Source of the DNA: Dimorphilus gyrociliatus
Lineage: Eukaryota > Animalia > Annelida
Assembly: GCA_904063045.1 (NCBI GenBank)
Contig: CAJFCJ010000064.1
Location: forward strand, 50,879-97,653
DNA length: 46,775 bases
Reading direction: 5' to 3'
Of the stretch, positions 1-9,755 are shown one piece after another. Position 1 is the stretch's first letter. Each line of letters starts with the position of its first letter. The notes under the pieces are model-generated. The model was not told the DNA's origin, did no database searches, and saw only the letters and a list, made by a program, of their open reading frames with translations. Made by a program: the position numbers and the translations under genes.

Positions 1-1058
1 GATTTTCCCACATCAGCATCATTTACATCTCCATTACAACCATAAACAAATATGTGATGAACGAAACGTTCATTTCCTTTTTCAATTAGTGGCTCCACCT
101 ATTTGAATTTATTTTAAGAGAAAAGAAAATATATTTTATGTAATAAATTATCTTTATAGAAGGTGTTAATATACCATAATCGCATGATGTTTTTCAGTGA
201 TGTTAACTATTTTGTGTATATTACACCTGTAAAATGTTGTCCCGTAACGAGGTATTTCATACTAAACAATTGAATATAAAAGATAACATTTGTAAATGAC
301 TTTTTAACTGACCTGATTTATAAGAAGATCCACTGGAAAACTATCTTTTAGTAACTGTTGTCTATTTTCAACCTGTGGATCTGATAATAGATGAATGCTA
401 CGAGTTCCTCTTCTAGATTTTCCATGATATGTAGGTGTATCAGATTCAGGATCTTGTTCATGATATGACCATATTAGTCTTGCTGTACCATCCTGCAAAA
501 AAGGAGATGTAATATTGCAGTTTTGTAGAAAATAGAGAAACTAGATCTGTTTTTGAATTGCATAGAAAATAGGTAATATCTAGAACCGTAATATCTCAGT
601 CTTTTTGGTCACAATTTGTCCTAGATCTTGAAAATTTCAAAACAGTATGTTCAGCCGTCTCCTTTCCCAAGAGTAATGTCCAATCTTGACTTTCGTCAAC
701 TGCTGGAACAGAATAATCTTCTGAAAATCTATCCTAATGGGCGAGATAATTTATTAATGGGAAAAAACTCAAAAAGATGCTGGTAATAGGTTACAGTAAA
801 GAAAGAGTTTCCATCCTTTATCCATCCTATAACAATGTCAGATCCTATCATTTTTCCTTCGGATGAAAGTCCAAAACCAACCCATCCTTTTGTTTTCACC
901 TGAACTTCAAAGGTAATATGGGAAGTGTTGTATTTCCAATATAATTTGTACACATCAGGTTCACTTATTATCAAAGAATGAGTAAATTCCTCTGACGCAG
1001 CAGGAAATGCTGCTCCGAAATGCAATAAACTGCAAACTATTATATATTTAAAAAGCAT
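1..1058 (-). CDS. MOXD1: DBH-like copper monooxygenase (DOMON + Cu-monooxygenase N-terminal domain), multi-exon, continues beyond window start; one in-frame TGA at 598-596
   Basis: Signal peptide MLFKYIIVCSLLHFGAAF. DOMON motifs LYW..ITFEV..GWVGFGLS..MIGSDIVIGW. Exons 1058-795, 733-~588 (DRFSEDYSVPAVD..), 492-~310 (DGTARLIWSYH..GTRSIHLL), then TTFYRCNIHK..HHAIM and VEPLIEKGNERFVHHIFVYGC. GT-AG introns in phase. The symbol is a family-level call. Confidence 0.85.
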
Positions 1059-1406
1059 TTTTTAAAAACATAAAGTCTACACTATCCTTCTTGTGGACGA
1101 CAAAATACGTATCAGGCAATTTAAACAGCCCATTTATAGGACAGTCGCAAATATCAATTCATTCATAGTTCAGGCCGTAAAGAAAGATATTTTTTAACAA
1201 AAGAGAGGTGTTTGTATAGCCTAAACCAAGACCAATATAACTTTTCAATAAATCATATGATATCCATTTTCTGTGACATAAAATCTCGTCTTTGGAATTT
1301 CCTTGTCAACAAAATTTACATTTCTCTGGCAATTTATAAAAAGAGAAATATAAAAATGTTTTTGTGTATGGAAAAAATAGGCAACTTCAATGATTTTCAG
1401 GATGAT

Positions 1407-2322
1407 ACGATAAGAGCAATTGTGTTGAAACAACAATTAACTTGAATTTATTCAAATAGATAATAAATCAACTATTTTAAAACTTTTCATTCATTATCAT
1501 ATTAAATTTTTTGGCTGTGGAATAGATGAGTAATAGAGTTTTTTTTTGTGGGGTAGATGAGCAAAAGGAGAAAAACATTTAATGGCTGGACAAACAATTT
1601 TTTCTATGATGAAACATTTCTTTGTAATGGCCTGTAAAATGATAGAAATCAACACTAACTAATAAGTTATAAATGTAGAAAAATGAATGACAGATGACAC
1701 TATAATGCAATTTATGCATTTTGTACAACTTTGGTTATATTTTACATGCTTGAACTCTATTATTTTATGCAACATATACATGTACATCTTAAAACCTACG
1801 CAAGAAAATGCTATAACATTGGCCAAACATAAGTCTGATAAGTCAGCTTGAAGGCTCATCTTTAATTACCAATAAAGGTTTGGCCAAGTTATAATTTAAT
1901 TAACTTGCCTAGGGTGTGGCCAAGTTATAATTCAATTAACCTTCCTAAATGTTCAACCTTGTAACATCCTCTTACTAAACATAAATATGAACTACACATT
2001 TTGGCAACTGTAAAGTGATGATTGGATGTCAGAGACAAACCTCAAAGTATATAAATCCTCACTATTCTCATTTGGCATGCAGCTTCCATCTGGACCCAAG
2101 GACCTGGGAAAATCATCTGGAAACAACCTCCACTGGAACCATCCATCTACTCCTCAACATTGGAAGACAGTTTGGTAATTTGGCAACCTGCTTTTACAAA
2201 CTATCTACTCTGCTATCGAACTCTCATATTGTTACTTGCTTAAGTATTATTATTGCGAATAAACCGTTTTAATTTAAACATTTGTTTAAAGGTTCGAGTA
2301 GAACCAGTATTGTTATAACTTG
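1407..2322 (+). repeat. 916-bp segment, copy 1 of an apparently identical direct duplication
   Basis: Matches 11261-12176 at constant offset 9854. ORFs 1659-1859 and 2015-2272 recur identically. Ends read as ACGATAAGAG.. and ..ATAACTTG. Confidence 0.95.
1685..1998 (+). repeat. Dispersed repeat family A (~300 bp, probable non-autonomous element)
   Basis: Diverged copies at ~4820-5107 (-), ~19056-19341 (+) and ~11539-11852 (+), with partial copies at ~25943-26040 and ~42940-43038. Shared GTACAACTTTGGTTATATTTT and CCAAGTTATAATTCAATTA. Boundaries approximate. Confidence 0.75.
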
Positions 2323-2331
2323 TCTTATAAC
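2009..2331 (+). mobile_element. Putative 5' LTR of the adjacent Gypsy element
   Basis: Starts TGTAAAG, has TATA-like GTATATAAAT (~2046) and AATAAA (~2257), and is followed by TGG and the gag ORF. No clean TG..CA pair was found. Confidence 0.35.
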
Positions 2332-2348
2332 TGGATGGAGAGCCTACT

Positions 2349-2921
2349 GTGGAGGAAATATGGAAAGCCCTCCATGACAAATTTGATCTGGATCCTTTGG
2401 AGTATCAAGAGAAATTGCTTAATTTAAAGCAAATGAATGGCGAAAGTGTGGTTCAGTTTGTTAATAGAGCAAAGAAATTGATAAAGAGGTTTTCTCCACC
2501 TAGACCAATGGAACCACAATTGCTTGCAACTATGAAAGAAATAAAACTGATTGAAGTTTTACAAAGAGGATTACAACAGGATATTCTACATTTAGTGTAC
2601 ACCTTACATCCTAAATGTCAAACATTGGCAGAACTATATGAGGCTGCTAAGCAAGCAGAAACTTCATTAAAACTAACTCAAAGAAAACCGATCACAATGG
2701 TGTCAAAATTGGAAACTCAACAAAGAAAAGAGACCAAAAAGACCCAGGTAATCAGAAAAGATGCTTCTACAGAAACCCCAAATTTTTGGAATAGAAAGCA
2801 TGCACCTGACAACAAAAATGCTACTAAAGAAAAGTTTTCAAGCCAAAAAGTCCAAAAGTATGCACCAACTACAACAAATAGAAAACGACGAAGTTCAAGA
2901 TATTCTCTGTTTTTCAGATAG
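2349..2921 (+). mobile_element. gag: Ty3/Gypsy gag-like ORF
   Basis: EKLLNLKQMNGESVVQFVNR and LQRGLQQDI..P.TLAELYEAAKQAE are typical retrotransposon gag motifs. Confidence 0.75.
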
Positions 2922-2922
2922 T

Positions 2923-3604
2923 GACAAATCCACTTGTCAGCTGTTACAAAGCAAACAATCTGAGCGAAATGCTTCAACATTTATTGGACAATTTGAAACT
3001 AATACTGGTTTTAAGTTTGATGCCTTGATAGACTCTGGTAGTGACAGATCTTTCATTTCAAAAAAGGTATTAAGACAAGTTCAAGAAAAAGCATCCTTCC
3101 CAGAACAAACTGTGAAAAATGCTAGAGATGCTTCAGGAAATAGCATCGAGATATGTGGAGAAATCATTCTCAGACTTTATTTTAATGGAAAGATTATTAA
3201 ACAACACTTTCTGATCAACAAAATCATTACACAACAATGTATTATTGGGTGTGACTTTCTACAACAAAATGGAGCTACCCTTGACTTTGGCAAGAGACAG
3301 ATTATACTCCAGCCAGGTACAGAAAAGAATTACCCTGTTTGAACACAACACTTATCTTTCAAAGGATTTTACCCAGTTCCTCTTATTATGAAAAAGAATG
3401 AGAGTCAAATACTTACCCTTCAGACAACAATTGAACAAGAATATCTGGAGATGAAGGACAAAGTTACCCAAATTCTGGCAAAATATAAAGAAACTATTGC
3501 AGAAGACAGATTTGATATTGGCAATCCAGAGGTACCACCCTTGGAAATAACTCTTGAACCAGGTTCAACACCATATAGACAAAGGCCATATAGAATGCCT
3601 CCTC
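2923..3604 (+). mobile_element. pol: Gypsy pol remnant: aspartic protease plus start of RT region, frameshifted and truncated at 3604
   Basis: ALIDSGSDRSFIS (DSG at 3031-3039) and IIGCDFL. The pre-RT motif PPLEITLEPGSTPYRQRPYRMPP stops abruptly at the IR1 boundary. Confidence 0.85.
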
Positions 3605-4022
3605 AAATCTTTGGACTAATATCATATGTTTGCTAGTACTTGTGGACAAACTTGAGGTTCTATTTGGACCAGTACTTTTGTGTGTTGCTAAATGAGTATT
3701 ACAGATGACTATGGTTGGGAGTAGAGCCAAAAAATTGAGGAATAATTACTTCAAAATGGAAGAATCAGCTTGGAAAGGTTCTGAAAAAGAAGTTTCTCCT
3801 GATACAAAAAAGATCTTTTACATTGATGAAAATCTTCAAAAATTGAAACATTTTCTCCCATAATCATTTCACAGAATATTGAAATGTTTTTGGATATCTT
3901 TAAGCAAGAATATTATAAATATAAATTTTGAAAAAGGAAGAAATTGGGGTGAAAATGGCATGAATCTTAAATCTTCCAAATCTTAAAAAAAACATCAGGA
4001 GAGTTCAATAGCAGAGGATTTA

Positions 4023-4807
4023 TAAAGTGGACAACATGTATATATGGATGCCATAAATTTTGATAGGCCAATTTTTAATTAACAGTTAAAATTGTTTGTC
4101 CCATGCAAATTAGTATTTTTTGTCTAAATTTATAAAGAAAAAGAGTTAAATTGACATAATATTGAAAAAAATTGAAGAAAATGATAATATTTTTTGAAGA
4201 TTATTAGCAAAAATTTTTAATAATTTTCATAAGTTTTTTCTTTAGTTGGCTGTTTATCAGAACATCGAGTTGACATCTGGTTTGACATTCAAGAAACTGA
4301 AAGATAACAAGCAAAGAGTGACAACAGCAAAGATATTAAAGGAATTAGAAGTAGATGTAAGCATAAGAACAATACAGAGGGAGCTGAAAAGACAAAATTT
4401 CAAATATAACAGAGTCAGACAAAGAACTGATCTCACCTCCAAAGATTAAGAAATGCTCCTATGAGGTTATCAACAGAAATCCACTCTTGTTGCCAGGCTT
4501 ATATGGGGGAATGGGCTGTAGAATAAGCAAATGTATAGAAAGAGAGGGTGGGCACATACAAAAGTAGACCAAAAATTTAACAATTGAACATTGTTCCAAT
4601 AAACATGTCGCGCGGCCAAATAAGAAAAAAACTCAGAAAACTATGGAAATTTCTATAAAAAAAATATGTAAAAACGTACCTAACTGCTGTTTTAAAGAAA
4701 TTTATATAAAATTGCAAGATTAGCCTATTATTAGCCTTTTTTCATCACAAAAAAGGTTTTGGCCTATAAAAATTTGAGGTGTTCCAACATACCTGTTGTC
4801 CACTTTA
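4023..4807 (+). mobile_element. Internally deleted Tc1/mariner-like element
   Basis: Imperfect TIRs TAAAGTGGACAACA.. / ..TGTTGTCCACTTTA, flanked by TA on both sides (4021-22, 4808-09). ORF 4246-4449 has the Tc1 HTH-like string TTAKILKELEVDVSIRTIQRELKRQNFKY. No DDE domain. Confidence 0.85.
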
Positions 4808-5210
4808 TACATTTTCGGAACTGTGTAGTTTATATTTATGTTTAGAAACAGAATGTTACAAGGTTCAACACTTAAGAGGGCTAATTGAATTATAACTTGG
4901 TCAAAGCTTAACTGATAATTAAAGATGAACCTTAAAGATGACTAACTAAGCCTATGTTTGGCTAAATGTTATTGTAATTTCTTGAGCAGGCTCTATAAGA
5001 GGTACACATATCAGTATTTGTATAAAATAATATAGTTCAAGTATAAAATATAACCAAAGTTGTACACCACTGAATACATGCAACTGATATGAAAAGTGTC
5101 ATTCTATCAGTATTTATATCATAGATGTCGCTAGTGTTTATTGACTTCATTTAAAAAAAGATTTAAATACTAGTATTTATCATGCAATATGCTTAAGTGT
5201 ATTTAATGAT

Positions 5211-7359
5211 TTAATAGGAAATAGTTGCAAATTTATACAATCCTTCAATTTTGATATTTGGGTCAATTTTCAAAATTTGTAGAGAAATAATGTTCTTTAG
5301 ACATCTATATCTATAAAGTATTTTATCATCAAGGGTCATCATATAACCATTTTCAAAACATTGTTCATTAGACTTTTCATGTTCAGCAACTACTACAACA
5401 TCATTTCCTTTCAATTTCTTACCAACTATCACACCAATTTCCATTGTATTATTAATATATAAACTGGAAACAATTATTCTAGGTGAATTTAATTGTTGGC
5501 AATCCTCTATAAATTTATTAGCAGCTACAAAATCTATAAAAAAAACAATATTATGTGATGTTTATCAAAAAAAAGAACAAAAATTATTAGAAATCATTCT
5601 TAACTGTTCATATAATTATTTTTTAATTGTCCATAAAATTGAACATCATCAATTCTTATATTACATTTAGCTAGAATAGTTAATTTATTCATTATTACTC
5701 CTAAAAAATATCCACAATTTGTCATTTTTCCTTCAAAATTTGTAGTCATTTCTAATAAGGCTTCTGTGTTCCTTTCATTAAAAAACTTCATTTCAACTCC
5801 TTTTTCTATTAATTGATTGTCAGTTTCAACTGTTGAAAAAGAAGATATTTTATTAACTTATAGAAAACAATGATTTTGAAGAATAATGTATTTTTCATTA
5901 CATGTTATGCAAATTACATCAAGAAAATTTTCTATTGTATTTATGGTTAGAATATCATTGGCTTTCATTTGAATACTTCCAGAGAGATATGGTATATCAT
6001 TTTTCAACTTGGATAAAACATGACCTTTTTGTTCATAATGAATATCTGGAAAGGAATAAAGAATATTTTAAATGTTATCTTTAAAATAAGTACATTTTTT
6101 TTTGTTGAACAATTGATTTTCTTTGAAATTCACTAAAAAGTTCGCCATTTTGGTTTTTTTCTTATTTTTTAAATTTTATATTTGATAGATGGTTTATGTC
6201 GTTGCCTAAGTGATTCAATTGTATGGAAAGTATACTTACAATTTGTTGAAAGATTTATATCTTCTCTTTTACGATACAGAAAAATATTAGCTATTGGAAG
6301 ATAATTTTCCAAATTTCCATTTTCAAGTTCAGATTTTATAAGAACATATCTTCCAAGTAAATATTTTGATTTAGAACCAACATATGTTGTTGGAACATAA
6401 AAGAGACTGGTTTTTATCCGATCCAATAGATATTTATTTGAAATTTGACCACAAGTGAAAGGTAATTCACTTACAAATATAGCAAAGTATTGCCTTGTAG
6501 GAACTGTAATTTATTTCAATATATATAATAATAAATTAAGAATCAGCTTATAACTTACTATTCTCATCAGTTCTATCAATTAAAATTGTCCTTATCTCAT
6601 AATATTTCAATAGATCAATTCTAATAAATGGTTGGGTTCCAATATATTTCCCAGAATTAATAAAGGTTGTATATAGCCTATCAGTAAGCAACTTAACATT
6701 AGGATTTGATACATTTGAAATGAATAATTCTGTATTTTCAAGTGATAATAATTTTTCATCTGAAAAAAAAAGTAAAAATGATGACAAGATTTTCTATTAA
6801 AATTATTACCCGAATCTCTAATTAAATTTCCTCTTATTCTCACTTCTTCTATAATCAAAAATACTCCAAAATATGCTTGTTGCAAAAATACAAAATTTCC
6901 AGTACAATTACATAGTTCACAATGAAAATTTTCATCATTATACAAAGATTTTCCTGTCACAATCTTTGAATAATTAATACACAATTCATTATTATCATGC
7001 AATTGATTTTCGGTATAAACAAGAAAATTTCTTAGACTATCTAAAAATTGTAAATTTTAATAATATCTCATTAAAATTCTATTTAAAAAAAAACCTTGAT
7101 ATTCTCTATTATAGAAACACATTTCTGTAATTCTATAATATCCATTAAGATCAACAGTCCACCATCCATAATTAAAATCTCTGTCTCTTGCATATCCAAC
7201 ATTTGCCCCACCTTCTACAGCATTTATGGCTAAATCATTGAAATGTGTTGTACGCTGATATGCATCACGAGAATGAGCGATATCTTCATCAAGTTTTATG
7301 TAACTTTGAGCAATTGATAAAATATTATAAAGAAATGAATAAAGATAAATCAACTTCAT
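5211..7359 (-). CDS. Secreted F-type lectin (FTP/fucolectin)-domain protein, about 6 exons, reading frame appears open
   Basis: Signal MKLIYLYSFLYNILSIAQS. FTP motifs AYQ..AINAVEG..GWWTVDLNGYYRITEMCFYNR..LRNFLVY..IEEVRI. A second degenerate FTP-like unit (IRIDLLKYYEIRTILIDR..GRYVLI..IANIFLY) and two further unassigned exons follow. Splice phases were consistent when joined by hand. Confidence 0.75.
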
Positions 7360-9003
7360 TCTATGGTTTTTCTCTCTTCTCTTTCTTTTCTCTCTCTCTC
7401 TGTTTAAGAACAATAAAAGAGAAATGAGAAAAAAAAAACTTTCTTGTTCTCCAATTTAATGATTTTCAATATTTACTATAGAATTTCCATGAAAAACTTG
7501 TATCTTAGATAAATTATTCAAACATTTTGATGAAAAAAAACATTTATAAAGTTCAGACAATTTTCTTTTTTATTGAATTATTGAAGTATTTGTAAAGACT
7601 AGAAGATTATTGCTTATTTAAAATATAATATTAATCTTTGTTAAAATATTCATTATATAATTATAGAATTTTTAAATATATATTGAATTTCTATCTTGTA
7701 TTTTTTGTCTTTTAACAAGGACTGATCTTTAGCATTGTTAAGGAGAGACAATTGTAAATAAAAAGACACCTTTTCCTAATCTATTACTTATAGATGATAT
7801 CCATTTTTCATTCAGATAATCATTTAAGTATTTGATACTGTTTTGTCAACACATTGAAAATTAGTTTTTGTATTATATTTCTTAAAATAGTCATTAGAAG
7901 GTAAACCTACTGTTAATTTAATTCTTCTTTAACACAGAAAATCACAAGAAGTAGTTTAATAAAAATTATTATAGCCGAATCTTTCTCACTTTTGACAAAA
8001 GTTTGTCCAATCACCTTTTTCTTCTGTTGCAAGTTTACTTGTGCCAAGTCTTTTGTTAAATAAAATATATCATTTTTTTTTTGATTTTTTCACCTTGTTC
8101 ATAGAAAGGAAAAAGATTTTATATCTGGTCATATTTTGAGCAGATACTATCTTTCCAAAAGGAAAAAACTGCACTTTTCCAATAGAACCAGACAAATTAA
8201 AGATTCTTACTGTACTTTGTTGAGTCATTTTGATAAAGTTTTTTATGTTTTTCAATGAAAACCATCTTTTGTGAAGAGATTTAGTTGTTATAACCTGTTA
8301 CTGTATACATAGAAGTATTGTCATATTGATATTTGGGAAATTGAATGATGGAACTTTAGAAAGAATTTTATTTCATAAGAAATAGATTTTTTGACCATAT
8401 TAGATGGAGCCACTATGGAATTGACAAAGCTGGTTAGTCTCTAATCTGTAAACATAGATTGAACTGTATTATTAGATTGAAATTCATTTACTCAATACAT
8501 ATTGTAGCTGGGGCACAGAAAAATTTTGCTAAATGGATCCCCTATGATTTTAATCATGATGAAAAGGAGGTGAGGGTGAGTCATTGTATTGAACTATTCC
8601 AGGTATCTACAAAGACAGGTGTTGCCACCTGCTGGTCATGAAGCATTTGTTTAGGGATTATATTTTAGATATATCATGTATTGTTTTTATGTTTTCTATT
8701 TGAATTAGTACTTTGGTTAATTGGTAAATGATTGGAAAGGACAAATATGAGAAGTTGGAACTGGTCAAAAAGTCAACAATAGTTGAGTTTCACTTTCTGA
8801 TACCCTTTAGCTGGCCACTAAATTAATGTTCTTAAGTGGTTACAGTAAGACTAATGTAGTTCTATAATTAATGCTAAATTCATTACATTTATTTGTAAGA
8901 ATTTTTTATGCTCACCTGCATTGCAGCATATACGTATAATAGAATAATGCTTTTCCTTTGAAGAAATTGATAGAATTTTCTGATAATCATTGTCTTCCAA
9001 TCC

Positions 9004-9098
9004 TTTTTGTGAGCTATGTATAAAAGTGTGTCAATGGGTATTATTATTATTGACAGAAGGAAATTGATTAGTATTCTGGGAGAAGTTCTTGCCCAAGA
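9004..9098. repeat. 95-bp internal direct duplication (second copy 10765-10859; mirrors 15068-15162 and 13307-13401)
   Basis: TTTTTGTGAGCTATGTATAAAAG..GTTCTTGCCCAAGA repeated at offset 1761. Confidence 0.9.
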
Positions 9099-9141
9099 TA
9101 TAAAATCAGATTATTTTATTTAAAAAATCTTCAAAATATAG

Positions 9142-9318
9142 GTAACAATTTCTGCTGGTACTCCACTAAACTGCAATATCAATTCAAGAGTAACTGTTAC
9201 TGCTTTTGTATCCTCTCCTGAAAATTGTGATGCTGATAACACTGCCCTTACCCAAATTGGACCTAATTTCCAATGGATCAAAAAGACTGTAGAAAGTGAA
9301 GAATACTGTGTAGACTAA
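9142..9318 (+). CDS. Terminal exon of a catalytically dead serine-protease homolog
   Basis: After an AG acceptor: VTISAGTPLNC..VTAFVSSPENCDADNTALTQIGPNFQWIKKTVE, which parallels GDSGGPLxC..GIVSWG.C..VYT.V..Y..WI. Possible upstream exons near 8140-8210 and 8500-8600 are unresolved. Confidence 0.5.
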   Translation, partial: VTISAGTPLNCNINSRVTVTAFVSSPENCDADNTALTQIGPNFQWIKKTVESEEYCVD

Positions 9319-9755
9319 GGTAAAAATTACTTTTCAGTAGTGCTCTTATTTAATTCAAATAAATTCACTACAGCTTAAGCATCTAAAGAATGGTAACCCT
9401 GATAAACTTTCTGGTAACATAACATAGTTTGCGCACTTTAGCTCACTAGTTCTGGCAAAAGATATACACACTCTATGAAGAGATTCCCTGAGTAAATTGC
9501 TCAATCTTTGATTAAGGAAACTTTATTTAAAACAATATCTATTAAAAAATATAAATATCCATATATGCTTAATTAAGTAGTTTGTCATTGTTGTTTTGCT
9601 CAATTTTGCCAAACTCTTTCTCATATACTTTCATAGAAGTATTCTAACTACTATGTTATAATTTATTATAAGGATAAAATTTTATAAATATTAGTACAAG
9701 AGAATATGTCCTTCTGATAAGTTTGTTTTTTTCTAAATTGTGCTCTTCATCTTTT

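Noticed and set aside
596-598. Selenocysteine codon
   Set aside because: The position is not a known Cys or catalytic site in DOMON monooxygenases, and the 3' UTR is outside the window, so no SECIS can be assessed.
1401-1445. AG-DDTIRAIV resembling the DOMON exon start DGTARLIW (second monooxygenase relic)
   Set aside because: Only about eight residues, followed quickly by a stop, and no other exons were recognisable.
5902-6084. Short ORFs of 60-90 aa antisense to genes or inside repeats (e.g. 5902, 8070, 26588, 27041, 28574, 28923, 33665)
   Set aside because: No motifs, low-complexity or intron-like composition. Their duplication reflects the palindromes, not conservation.
6380-6410. Shared FYVPTT / VYVPTT string between the lectin and the PAN protein as a common domain
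   Set aside because: Surrounding residues do not align. In the lectin it lies within an FTP-like unit ending GRYVLI..IFLY.
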